Of a stretch of 64,000 bases of DNA, positions 37,001 through 48,500 are shown in pieces; the stretch's first letter is position 1, and every line of letters starts with the position of its first letter. The translations under genes and the position numbers were made by a program. Origin of the DNA: Laetmonice hystrix (Eukaryota); contig OZ249436.1 in the NCBI GenBank assembly GCA_965235115.1, forward strand, positions 17,114,001-17,178,000. Reading direction: 5' to 3'. Under the pieces are notes generated by a model that saw only the letters and a list, made by a program, of their open reading frames with translations, was not told the DNA's origin and made no database searches.

Positions 37001-40000
37001 TGTTTATACTAGGGGGGGCACACTCAGATTGAGTACCTTTCACAAGTAATGGTAATGACTCGTATGAAGGCATCATAATTTATTGTTTGATTTGACAGGT
37101 TTGGCCGATGGCAGCGCTGCGCCAGGAGACGGGACAAACAGTCTGAATGAACTAGGCGAGATCTTTGGTTCCACCACAACAACCAACACAGCTTCAGCAA
37201 CATCAGCCAGTGTTAGTTATGAACTAATCTTAACGCACAGTCTAAAGCCAAGGGTTCTCTGTATAAAATCTGCTTGAATCTGGAACGTATGCATAACAGT
37301 ATAGTCAAAGTTTGCTGAGCCCAAGGCTGACACTTATCAATGAGAGATAAAAGTTGAGATGCAGCCCCACAGGTATGATTAGTTCCAAGGCCTTGTATAT
37401 ACAGCATTCAGATTTAGTTGTCAGAATTTACAGCATTCAGATTTAGTTGTCAGAATTTACAGCATTCAGATTTAGTTGCCAGATGTGTCCCTCCAGTGTT
37501 CCCAGAGTTTGTATCAACCAGCTTTTTTCTCCATCAGGCGATCGACTCGGATCTGTTTGGACTGAAGACAAGTGGTTACTCGGGAACGGCCAGTCTGGGC
37601 AGTTTGGGATCCTCACCTGGTAACTCAGGATTTTCCAGCTTCATGTCGGCAGCCGCAGCTTCAGCACAGACAGCTGGTCCGACCCAAACCACGCCATTTA
37701 GTGTGGTTCAGCCCACGGCACCGATACCCAATCTAGGTACAATGAGTCCTGGTACCATGACGCCAACCCACACAGCCTCTGGAGTTCTGCTCAAACCAAA
37801 ACCAATTGGGGGTCAGAACCAGGCCGTCATCACAGGAATCCTGACAGGTCGGTGTAAACTCCACTTGTGTGGGGCGTTGTTAGCTTTGTTAAATGGAGAT
37901 TCTTGTTTGCTGAACCCTGCCTGAATATTGAGATAAACTAGTATAGTAAAGGACAGAATGTGGTCCATTCTAAGTGTGGGTAAAAAAACGAATAGACAGC
38001 TTGAAATAGGCTTGTTAAAATGAAGGAAGGTCAAATTTGAAGTTCGTCAGTATTCTGATGAAAGTTCCATTGTTCTGTACCTGCCGCAGCAAGTCAGAGC
38101 CAGATCAGCCCTGCCACCGGTACAGTCTTTACACCTGTCTCAAACTCGGGTGTAACAGCTCCGACACAGAAATCTGCACTCGATGACCTTGATGCACTGG
38201 GGCAGTCATTATTACAGTCGAGTCTCTCTCCAAGCACACGTCAAACACCGGCCAATAAGTAGGTTACTGAGTCTGTTACCTCAAGTAGGTCATTAGGTCA
38301 GTTACCTTTAAAGTAGGTCACTGAATCGCTGAGAATCAAATAAAGTTGTCCTGTAATCTCGGATTAGCCAAAAATGTAGATACCAGCTAGACTATTCAGG
38401 ATAATAGTTAGACATAAAAATGACAGGTTTCAATAGAGAAAATGAATGACATTTCCAGGTGCATACTTAAACAGACAATCCCTGTTTTCCACAGTGCGGC
38501 AGCTAAGATAGCCCTCAACCAGATGCAGAAACCTGCCTCGCCCACGCCAGGTTCTGGAGACCCATGGACCCAGCCCAGTTCACCGGCCCTCAAGGCTTTG
38601 TCCCACTCCCAGGCTGGACCCATGGGTTCACCCATAGCCACACCAACAGGTTCAGCCCATGCCTCCCCCAAACGTACCCCAGTTCAGGGAGGTCCAGCTA
38701 AGACGGTCGAGGTGCAGTCTCTCTCGGATTTATTTGTTCCACTTGAATCGGTGAAACCTGGTAAGTCTGCAATGATACCCTGAAGATGACAGGGTTTCCT
38801 TTCTAAGACCTTATTAAGCTCATATATGGCCTTATAGTTTTAAACAAGAAAAAACTTGTACAATTTGCTATTATGATCTACAGAAAATATGGGCTCTTAA
38901 AGGGAGTCGTAAAATTCATTTTTTCGATTTATGGCAGTCTTAGAAACATTATGATTCGCATACCTTGGACTCCCAGTAACATCATGTGAGACTGTTATGG
39001 CCCAGCGACCAGTATTTAGTAAGGAAAATATGCCAAATCTCTCGCAAATACGTAGCTCAGAATTAGCGAGCGGCCCACAGGATATTTGAGTTGGCCGCGG
39101 TCGGGCGATGATGACGCGTGATCACGTGACTTCCGGGTGTGGAAGGGAATCTCCCTCTAGTCTAGCATTGACCTAAATACTGCATGTACACCCGGAAGTC
39201 ACGTGATCACGCGTCATCATCGCCCGACCGCGGCCAACTCAAATATCCTGTGGGCCGCTCGCTAATTCTGAGCTACGTATTTGCGAGAGATTTGGCATAT
39301 TTTCCTTACTAAATACTGGTCGCTGGGCCATAACAGTCTCACATGATGTTACTGGGAGTCCAAGGTATGCGAATCATAATGTTTCTAAGACTGCCATAAA
39401 TCGAAAAAATGAATTTTACGACTCCCTTTAAAATATAAGTGTTTAGTTGAGTACGCTGAAATCATGCTGACATCCTGGAGATGCTGCTGACTGTGCCCCA
39501 TGTTTACAGGTACGGTGGAGCCACTGACAGCCTATGACAAAAATGGCATGAAGATTGTGATCCACTTTGGTAAGGACACACCGCGTCCTGATGTCACTGT
39601 GATGGTAGTCTCCTCAATGTCCACCAACACCAGCCCTGTCAAGAACTTTACCTTCCAGGCGGCTGTTCCAAAGGTAACAAAATTTTTGTTTATCAAACTA
39701 TTGCTGGATACATTGTTGGAAATGCGTTTTTTTTTCAATACCAGCTTTTGAAGAACTGCAGTCTGAGGTTAAGCTTACCTCTGTTACTGGGTTTGGAGAG
39801 TAACAGTTAGTTGATCTCGTATAGCTCTGTTACTGTGTTTGTACAGTAACAGTTGGTTCAGTATAGGTTTGTTACTGTGTTTATACAGTAATAGTTAGTT
39901 GGTTTAGTATAGCTCTCTGTTACTGTGTTTGTACAGTACAGTTGCTTTAGTATACCTCAGTTACTGTTGCTGTAGTATACCTCTGTTACTGGGTTTGTAC

Positions 40001-40793
40001 AGTACAGTTGCTGTAGTATACCTCAGTTACTGTTGCTGTAGTATACCTCTGTTACTGGGTTTGTACAGTACTGTTGCTGTAGTATACCTCTGTTACTGGG
40101 TTTGTACAGTACAGTTGCTGTAGTATACCTCTGTTACTGTGTTTGTACAGTACAGTTGCTGTAGTATACCTCTGTTACTGTGTTTGTACAGAACAGTTGC
40201 TGTAGTATACCTCTGTTACTGTGTTTGTACAGAACAGTTGCTTTAGTATACCTCTGTTACTGTGTTTGTACAGAACAGTTGCTGTAGTATACCTCTGTTA
40301 CTGTGTTTGTAGATGATGCGAGTGAAGCTGCAACCTCCAAGCGCCACGGACCTCCCAGCCTACAATCCAATCCTACCCACTGCGGCCATCACACAAGTCA
40401 TGCTCTTAGCTAACCCTCAAAAGGTATTGATGTCGAGTGGTATAGCAGAGGGCATGGATTGCATATACATGTAACCGTTGATGAACTATCATGCCATATT
40501 TACTTTAGTAGATGGATGTATCTTGGCCTGGCATTATGCTTTGAGAATTTATTGAGAATTTATTTATTGCAAAATCTAAATTGTAGAGGCCCCAGCATTT
40601 GCTAATTATGTAATACATAGATTGTATATTAATGAATAAACTCATTCTTCCAGTGATACACAAATCAGTTTTATGCAAATGTTTTTTTTTGTTTTTCCAG
40701 GAACGGATCCGACTCAAGTTTAAGATCAGCTACAATGTTGATGCTGACACAGTGACAGACGTAGGTGAAGTGGTAAACTTTCCAGTCCAATGA
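25012..40793 (+). CDS. GGA: ADP-ribosylation factor-binding protein GGA (VHS-GAT-hinge-GAE), GGA1/GGA3-like
   Basis: Exons 25012-25051, 28626-28786, 29043-29141, 29268-29426, 31806-31871, 33168-33248, 33484-33621, 33794-33878, 34175-34294, 34845-34958, 37099-37211, 37538-37847, 38090-38258, 38495-38760, 39510-39673, 40313-40423, 40701-40793 join in frame. VHS (ATNPANRDEDW, GPQIAVRLLAHKIQSPQE, IGKFRFLNEVIKVVSPKYLG), GAT (LLKSKHPEDLQAANRLIK, LFRLASDT), GAE (LSDLFVPLESVKP, FQAAVPKMMRVKLQPPS). Confidence 0.96.
26995..27125 (-). pseudogene. Possible decayed MULE-type transposase fragment
   Basis: Minus-frame LSLPVEHISSAFNQLKA..ILFMEYISNQRI resembles the LPFLPxEHIxxxFxxLK..L.DY...W. segment of animal MULE transposases; recalled similarity only. 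Confidence 0.4.
27325..27838. mobile_element. Harbinger-like MITE interrupted by a nested element
   Basis: Ends TACCGTTGACACACC / GGTGTGTCAAGGGTT, with internal caatgc..gcattg repeats. Confidence 0.6.
27479..27811. mobile_element. hAT-like non-autonomous element with 5-bp TSD (nested)
   Basis: TIR CAGGGTTCTCGCCAG / CTGGCGAGAACGCTG, flanked by CATTG on both sides. Confidence 0.7.
27924..28318. mobile_element. hAT-like non-autonomous element
   Basis: TIR CAGGGGTAGATTTC / GAAATCGACCCCTG with internal GGAGTC/GACTCC subterminal motifs; TSD not clear. Confidence 0.6.
29932..29940 (+). CDS. GGA: Candidate 9-nt GGA microexon (FAK)
   Basis: ttttcccactttactttatggttgcag TTTGCAAAG gtaact, phase 0-0. 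Confidence 0.4.
30998..31270. repeat. Degenerate tandem repeat carrying three CTCF-like motifs
   Basis: ctgccacctggtggca (31055), ctgccacctggtagca (31116), ctgccacctaatggct (31251), with similar flanks. Confidence 0.6.
31352..31558. mobile_element. Tc1/mariner-like MITE (TA-flanked), degenerate
   Basis: tactgtaaatca..aaaatttcgcg.. / ..cgcgaaattaaaa..tgatatatagta. Confidence 0.5.
31940..33039. mobile_element. 1.1-kb P-like non-autonomous DNA transposon with 7-bp TSD
   Basis: TIR CATAGAACTGTACTGG(G)AGGGAAG(A/G)CCAACTCTCT at both ends, subterminal inverted block (gcagcgccctccagtggttatgagac / gtctcataaccacatgggagcgctgc), exact TSD ATTTTAC (31933-31939, 33040-33046). Confidence 0.85.
33965..34125. 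repeat. 34-bp minisatellite, ~4.5 copies
   Basis: gaggtcttgtagtcagctgaggccaaatgtat(a/g)a repeated. Confidence 0.9.
35386..35412 (+). CDS. GGA: Candidate 27-nt GGA hinge microexon (DSMLLHDLQ)
   Basis: ctgtgttccgtttcag ATTCGATGTTGTTGCATGACCTACAGA gtgagt; phase 1-1 matches the flanking exons, no stop. Confidence 0.55.
35470..36072. repeat. ~33-bp minisatellite, ~17 copies
   Basis: ggtagagctagagggtctggatgggatctggtt repeated. Confidence 0.95.
36498..36776. repeat. 22-bp GC-rich minisatellite, ~12 copies
   Basis: ctgctggcccagt(a/c)tgccc(ga/ct/cc)g repeated. Confidence 0.95.
37401..37483. repeat. 29-bp tandem repeat, ~3 copies
   Basis: acagcattcagatttagttgtcagaattt. Confidence 0.9.
38901..39427. 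mobile_element. Kolobok-like foldback MITE, 240-bp arms, TTAA TSD
   Basis: ttaa|AGGGAGTCGTAAAATTC...ACTTCCGGGTGT (38901-39140), 47-bp spacer, reverse-complement arm (39188-39427)|ttaa; no mismatch seen by eye. Confidence 0.92.
39772..40312. repeat. ~41-bp minisatellite running into a GGA splice acceptor
   Basis: gtagtatacctctgttactgtgtttgtacag(t/a)acagttgct repeated; the last copy ends tgtgtttgtAG at the exon 40313 acceptor. Confidence 0.93.
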
Positions 40794-40852
40794 GGAGTCA
40801 GCCAATCAGGAGGCTGCAGTTATTGTGATCAGCTATTGGACAGGTTTCCCCT

Positions 40853-41152
40853 CAGACCAATCCCACGACCGGTTGTTGGACCAGTGCCTGGACCAGTTGT
40901 AGGACCAGTCCATGGACCAGTTTTAAGACCAGTCCCTGGACTGATCCAGGGGCCGGTTGTAGGACCAGTCCAGGGACTGGTTGTAGGACCAGTCCCTGGT
41001 CTGGTTGTAGGACCAGTCTCAGGACTGGTTGTAGGATCAGTCCCTGGACCAGTTGTAAGACCAGTCCAAGGACCAGTCTGGGGACCGGTTGTAGGACCAA
41101 TTCCTGGACTGGGTGTAGGACTGGTCCCTGGATCAGTTTTCAGACCAGTCCC
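40853..41152. repeat. 12/24-bp minisatellite just after the GGA stop codon
   Basis: ggaccagtccctggac(t/c)ggttgta repeated; source of the spurious GPVPG/TGPTT ORFs. Confidence 0.9.
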
Positions 41153-41383
41153 AATGTCATGTACTGGGGAGATGTTTACCTGCCTGGCAGGCAGGTATGA
41201 CGTCTCCTCCACCTTTGTCTGCTGTTGTTTATATTGTGTTTATGATTGGGGATGGGGAAGCCATCACTGGTCTGAGCAAGGAGTATGGAGTGATCTGTGA
41301 CGGATCTTCGTACCTCACTGCCCTGGACGCTGTGTGCTTTGTACAAGGAGAGGACTGGCCGACCCCACACTATTGGGGGTTGG

Positions 41384-41517
41384 GGGGCAGGGTGGGGTTG
41401 GGGGCGAGGGCGGGCAAGGGTTGTGGTCAGGGCAGGGCAGGGTGGGGTTGGGGGCGAGGGTGGGCAAGGGCTGTGGTCAGGGCAGGGCAGGGTGGGGTTG
41501 GGGGCGAGGGCGGGGTT
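41384..41517 (+). repeat. 50-bp G-rich tandem repeat, ~2.6 copies
   Basis: gggcagggtggggttgggggcgagggcgggcaagggttgtggtcagggca repeated. Confidence 0.85.
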
Positions 41518-43411
41518 CACATTTGAAAGGACCAGCGCCAGTATTTATTACCCTGCTAAGTTGGAAGTGATTTATTTTTGTAGTGGTACCTGCCGAGTAA
41601 TGCTGTCTGTGACTGCAAGTGTTCAGCTGTACCCCGTCTGTCCCCCAGTCCACTCATCATTTACCCCCCGAGCCAGATCTGTCTTTATTTGGTTGTACAG
41701 TATTATTATTAACACCTGGCTGGCACACTAAAACATTCTGCCAGGACAGTGGACTACTTGACCAACTCTATGACAGAGTGACTCTGGGTCGCTGTCACTC
41801 GAAGAAGTTTATCCATGTCATGGTAAATATCTTTTGCAGTCTTTTGAAAAAGACTTTTGCGACCGTCTAAGGCATCTTGTTTTCGTTTTTTTTTATGATA
41901 ATTATAATAAGATGTTTATGTTAATAAGAATACCGGCAACAGTAGACTATGGTGCCATTAGGAGTAGTGTGCTATATATGTCATTATCTTACCATACATA
42001 AAAGAACAAATATCACAAAAAGTTATTACCTCTCCCCTAACCAGTATTTATCAATGTGTTGGGTGTATTGACCCAGCTGACCATGACAACTGTAACCATA
42101 GAAACCAGCTTGGATCCATTTGATTGCTTCCACGGAATTCTATGTTTTAAAGCTGTCGTCCACTGCCCTGATTTTCATCCACTCTCTCATCCGATCTTTT
42201 AGATAAAACAGTGAAATATTTTTTAAAGAATTTTAGGTGAAAATGTGCATAATTCTGGTGTAATAGGACTGGAAAGAGTTTTGGTAAACACAGTTTTTGA
42301 TAGATTTTTTTTTTAATTATTGGATGGGAAATCGGATGAAGTGAACTGTTCAGTGTTACCTTTATTATGAACTTGATTAAATCGTAGGCAGGTATGTAAA
42401 AGAAAGTCGGGTTCCTCACAAAAAAGCTCATGATGTTCTAAGATATATTGAGTTCTCCAGTGGTAACAATGATAATCCAACCAAAGGAGTTTATTTTAAC
42501 ATCTATAAGAATTTCATCGCATTTCTAGTAGGTTGGTGTGAGGTCAGTGGATGAGGTTTGAATCAAATGCTTTGTGGTTCTCTAGGAACGGTTGGTAATA
42601 TATACTGAACAAATGGTGGTTTACTGATGTACCAGATGAGAAAAAGGCGCCAGTCCAATGTGAACTGGGGGGGGGGGGGGGGGGTGAATGTGTGTGTGGG
42701 TGTGTGTGCCGTCTGTCAAACGTTTGCACCAATTCATCGTCATTCTCAGAACATTACTCATCCCGTGTATATTGTGTAAGTAGGTAGATTTCTCCCGCTC
42801 GTATTACATCTAAAACACATGGGTTGAGGTCAAGGGTCAACTGGTGACCTAAATTGTGATCTGGACCCGGTGGGGAAAGGTCAAGGACGCGGTACATGTA
42901 GTGAGAAATGAACTTACTGGGCAAGGCCAACTCCACTGGGTTGGATGGTCTATTATAGGTAGGATCGGGGAAAGGTCTTGTAACACATCTTTGCTTTGTG
43001 TTACTCGTAAAGTGCTTGACTCAGAAAATAGCTTCTACTGATATACATTATGTTTACCTATTCATGAGAAATTATAGCAGCAAACTGAAAATGTGCTTCG
43101 AGAAACTGGCCATGTGCATTAACATGTAGCTTTCTAAGTCTTTCGACATGTGATTCACTGCGCATAGGAAGAGAAAATAATGTTAATATGTCAATGTATG
43201 GGCCTAGTCGTGAGGAAAAGTGAACAAATATAGTGGCTGAATGAAAAATGAGCAGGCCACGCGGATGAAAGGATACTGGTTGATAAGGGGTGGAGGTAGC
43301 CACGTATGAGGATGGGAGACTGGAAGATAAACCCGTTATCTTCAGTAAACGGATCATACCTCTTCAAGTGTATAACCCTTCAAGACGTTTGAAGGTCAGT
43401 TTCTAGTAATA

Positions 43412-43631
43412 CTGTGGATTGGGTTAATTTTGCGAGGATTAATTTTCGTGTATTTTTACGTCAAGGCTATTCGCAGAATTTTCTTAAATTCGTGCAGTTT
43501 TCCTCAAAATATTATGTTAGATCAATTTGTGTAAAACTACCTCTACAATCAGAGAAACCCCCTCCCCCCCACTCTGTTCATAAGACCCCAGCTAAACACA
43601 TTTTGCGCAGAAATAAAACCCCAATCCACAG
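43412..43631. mobile_element. Tc1/mariner-like MITE with TA flanks
   Basis: ta|CTGTGGATTGGGTT ... CCCCAATCCACAG|ta. Confidence 0.65.
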
Positions 43632-45530
43632 TATTTACAATAATTTCTGTATAATTGTAAAAATATTTCTTTCCATAAAAAGTTATTCATTGAAGGAAAA
43701 AAACTATTGAAATATTGAAAGAGTCTTGAAAAGATTGCTGAACAGCAAGGGTATGTTTGTTCACAGATTGTGACTGTTATGAAAGGGCTGATGCTAGACT
43801 TACTGTACATGAATCTTAGCGTGATGGGTCTCCACTGTAATCGACGGTTCCAGTCCTCACTGACAGGATTGTAGGTGCAGAACATGGTGAATAGACATGT
43901 AAACGATGATTAGGAAGGCTGGACCTATGATGTATTGCCTGTTCAGATACCGCTGTCGGTTTTGGTATAACTCTTGAGTCTGACGAGTTATCTATCAAGG
44001 TGAGGACTGCATGTTGTTGGAGGTCGTCTGAAGGTCACCTACATGTCTGCCAGTTTTCTGTTCTCATGGCACAGCATTTAATTTTGAGATGAAAAATGTG
44101 TTCAGTTCAATCCAGGGCAGGTGGTTGACGAGGATTTATATTGTACATAGGAGAGTTTGTACTTCTGGGCTTCAGTCGATGTACTTTCCGCCTGTACATT
44201 TAAGAAATGTGTTAGGTGTAGATAGAGTTGACATTCTGTGTATGTACAGTTTTAATGGAGAACTGAAAGGTTCTCAGTGTCGAGGGATCAAACCACAAGA
44301 CCCCTGTCATTACTGAGTGGGAATAGTTATCGGATAACATCTTTTCATGGACACCTCCAGAGATGAATATTTCCTGATAATTATACAAGACCGTCTGATT
44401 ATTCTTTATTCTGTTACACAAGTATGGTAGTCCTAACCCTTCGGTTAAAGATTCATGGCCATATCTTTCTGAAAGGTGCACCACTGTAACACTGAAATGT
44501 AAATGGTGCACTGAAAGTTTGCACTGTAATTTAAGTGCACCCCACCTGTCGAGAGAGGATATAGTCAAGTTTTTGTCTGATGATCAAGATATACAACAGG
44601 ATATAGCAAATTTCGCGGTAATGCGAAATGTCAAGGGTGTGATGGTCTTGGCATCAATGTTGTTTTAATTTCGCACCATTCGTGTCATAAATATTCTGCG
44701 ATCCCCTCCTCAAACAGGCTGTCATCTGTTTGACACATCAACTCTTTTGAACACTTTAACCTCTGCTGCGAGATTAATCGTCTTTTTTTTTAAATATAGG
44801 TTTTGCCACATAGAGAAATCCACCAGCACCAAATGGCGGTTGAAACGTGACCAGCATGGAATCGAATGAGACTGCCCTTGACATGTTTACAGTTTGTAGT
44901 ACAGGTTACACCACCCCACACAGCAGATTTCCTTAGTTATCACTCCAGATGATTCTAATAAATATGATAGGTTCGCATCTATCCCTGGGACTCGTAGTCC
45001 AAGTATTATCAGTTATATATCATACATGGCTATGTCTACTAGCAAAAATAAAAAAAAGCAAATACCGAAACCAGATACTTCTTTTGTTTCATTGAGGGTT
45101 ACTGACATACAGACACGTTCGCCAACTTCTTTTGGCCCGTGAGATTATATTTTCACAAAGAAAAGTTTCCATCAGAGTTTCCGGACTAACTCCACTCCCC
45201 AGGGCACTCGAATTTCTCACTTTTAATGGGTCATGCCAAATGGGCAAATATACTAATTTTGCCCCAACAGGAAAATTTGACTGTCTACTTTTGATGAGGG
45301 TTGACAACTACCGGTCTTCATTACAGGCACATCTGGAGCTGCACGACGCACATTGACTTTGGTTAAATCATCAGAAATACCACCTTAATTACTTTGGATG
45401 ATCTTATTTATTCAAGTATATATACAACTATATACAAAGTTCAGTACCTGGATACATATTTTTTTGAGCCATGTTGTATGAATTTTTCTACAGATATACA
45501 TGTAGTTTAGTTCTAGACGGTGTGAAGAGG

Positions 45531-48500
45531 TTACTGTAATTTTCCTGCAGACACAGGTTGGTTTTGAGAGGCCTCCAGCATGAAGCTTGCTGCGTGTAGT
45601 ACTGCAGGTAGTGATGTGTTTTCTGTGTGCCACCTGTAATACAAAATCATGAGACGATTTGGACAATCAAGAGTACAAGAACTTGAGAGGGAGGGAGACA
45701 TGCCTGACCCCCCTTAACCATGGTATCTCTTGCACGTTTTTCTTTTCTCCCTTATAATAAAATGTGAACCAAGCTTTCATTTCTAGAAGGAACCAATATG
45801 AATACGAAGATTTATATGAGGAAGACATGCATGTTTCACAACTAACCTGCCTGTATGGATCCCTGGCTGAGGGCTTAATACAACTGCTGCGATACTGAAA
45901 GAGAACCCAGAGAGGTGAGGCTAGATTAGGGGAACATGCTTATGAGTCTTGCAACCAAACTATAAATTTGAATTAGGTGCAAAGGAACCGCGGGAAATCC
46001 TCATTGTTAGTCTCTCATCCCTAACCCTTCAATGTGACTTTTCTTTAAGATGAGAACTATATTCACTGAAATTCTTAAAAAACAATTTTCTCAATGGTGG
46101 TGCTTACTTTGGCACCTTGAGAAGATTGATAAGTTCGCTGCCACGTGCAGACAATGCTTGCTTGGTGACATCATTCAGGAGGCTATGACTGGGAGGTTGG
46201 CTCAACTTGGTCAGACATAGCATCACTCGGGGAATCAGGTCCTGGGACCGTGAAGCCAACTGTCAAAATGTAACGACAGCTTGGTCAGACATAGCATCAC
46301 TTGGGGAATCAGGTCTTAGGACCGCCAGGCCAACTGTCACAATGTAATGACAGCTTGGTCAAACATAACATCACTCGGGGAATCGGGGGCCGGTTTTACT
46401 AAAGGTCGATAATAACGACGTCGATAATTTAACATAGAAGTGAATGGTTGCTAGGTCGTTATTTTCGACCTAGCAACCCATTCACTTCTATGTTAAATTA
46501 TTGATGTTATTTTCGACTCTTTAGTAAAACAGGGCCCTGGTCTTGGGACCGAGAAGCCAACTGTCAAAATGTAACGACAGCTTGGTATGACACCGCATCA
46601 GGACGGGAATCAGGAGGGTGTTTCAATAAGTGTGTTGGACCGTCTGAGTGGCGAGGACAGTCTGTCACTCGGTTGTAGGATCTGCAATTTTTGGTCCGTC
46701 GCCGGTCGGACTGTCCGACACGCTTATTGAAACACCCCCTGGTCTTGTGACCCTGACGGCAACTGTCCAAATAAAACGACGGCTTGGTCAGACACAGCAT
46801 CACTCTGGGAATCAGGTCCTGTCCTGAGATGCCAACCGTCAACTGTCAAAACGTTTGGTCAGACATAGATCCTGCAACTGCAGTTCTGACATCACTGATA
46901 TACACTCTCTGTATATCTATGTGAAGATGTGAAAATTAGAACTCAGCATGCCATCTGACAGTAGATAATTTACATACAAGATCAATAGTTGTATGTGATG
47001 AAGAGGAGAGTCCAGACTGAGAAAAGAGATCAAACCTTGGCAAGAGTTGACATGATACTGGTGAGGAGTCGGGCCGAGAACTTCTGCTCCATTGCACCGC
47101 GAGTCTCTGATGTCAGAGAATCCTCTGATGGCATTGCACCAGAATGAACCAATCCTGAGACTTCGTAGACCAGAGTCTCGATGGCCTCGTACATGGCTGA
47201 TATTTTATCTGGGGTGCAGCGACTGTCGTAACCCACACACAGATATTCCCCTACCAACCACATCTAAGAACAGAAAAAAATCAACCAAATCTCAACGAGT
47301 ACATGTACACAAAAAACATCAACTGAATCTCAATCAGTAAAACTATAATATTCTCCAATCAGCTGATGCTGTGACAGGCTGTAACATTACAATAATAATG
47401 TTTATCTTACTATGTGGACAAAGAAATCCTCGCCACTGCTGACATTTCTCAGGCTGATGAAGTCTAAGAGTTCACTGTATTGGTCCATCATCAGGTGAGG
47501 GTACAGTTGGAACAACGCCACCAATTGGTCAGCAAACACACTACAACCACAAAGGTCAGAGGTCAAGATACTGACAACCACGAGCCTCATCCCCTCAGCC
47601 TTGTATGGACCTCAGCTGAGGTGAGCCCTGTCCTTTCTGGACCTCAGCTGAGGTGAGCCCTGTACTGTCCGAACATCAGCTGAGGTGAGCCTTGTACTAT
47701 CCAGACCTCAGCTGAGGTGAGCCGGGTACAGTCCGGACCTCAACTGAGGTCAGCTGTACTGTCTGGACCTCAACTGAGGTGAGCAGTGTACAGTTGGGAC
47801 CTCAGCTGAGGTGAGCCCTGTACTGTCCGAACATCAGCTGAGGTGAGCCGTGTACAGTCCAAACCTCAGCTGAGGTGAGCCGGGTACAGTCCGGACCTCA
47901 ACTGAGGTGAGCCCTGTACTGTCTGGACCTCAACTGAGGTGAGCCCTGTACAGTCCGGACCTCAACTGAGGTGAGCCCTGTACTGTCCGGACCTCAGCTG
48001 AGGTGAGCAGTGTACAGTTGGGACCTCAGCTGAGGTGAGCCATGTACTGTCTGAACATCAGCTGAGGTGAGCCGTGTACAGTCCAAACCTCAGCTGAGGT
48101 GAGCCATGTACAGTCCGGACCTCAGCTGAGGTGAGCCATGTACTGTCTGAACATCAGCTGAGGTGAGCCGTGTACAGTCCGGAACTCAGCCACTGGAATG
48201 CCTGAGGAGTCTGGATTTCTGTTACAGAATATATATAACTTACGTTGTAATGCCCACAATGCTATCTGTTAGGATTCAACTAATATCTTCAATATTATGT
48301 TCAATGTTATTCTCTAACCTGCGCACATCAGCCTGGAAGACGGGAATATTGTAGAGGAGCCTCGAGCGCTCTAGGATGACAGGTACCAGGGTTGACGCTA
48401 ACTCTCCCTCACCCTCACACACCACCACATTAAAATATATCCTGTACGGCAAGAAACATCCACAATCAGAATATTGATGGGGTGGGGGTCTTCAAAATCA

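Larger units (their letters stand above)
46204..46870 (-). repeat. ~74-bp tandem copies of the AP5Z1 acceptor + exon start (~5 copies plus partial)
   Basis: Minus unit cgttacattttgacag|TTGGCTTCACGGTCCCAGGACCTGATTCCCCGAGTGATGCTATGTCTGACCAAG; the genuine copy starts at 46259. Confidence 0.9.

Noticed and set aside
40829..41731. Mucin-like GPTT/GPVPG and Gly-rich ORFs
   Set aside because: Begin right after the GGA stop in tandem repeats that are open in several frames; no gene structure.
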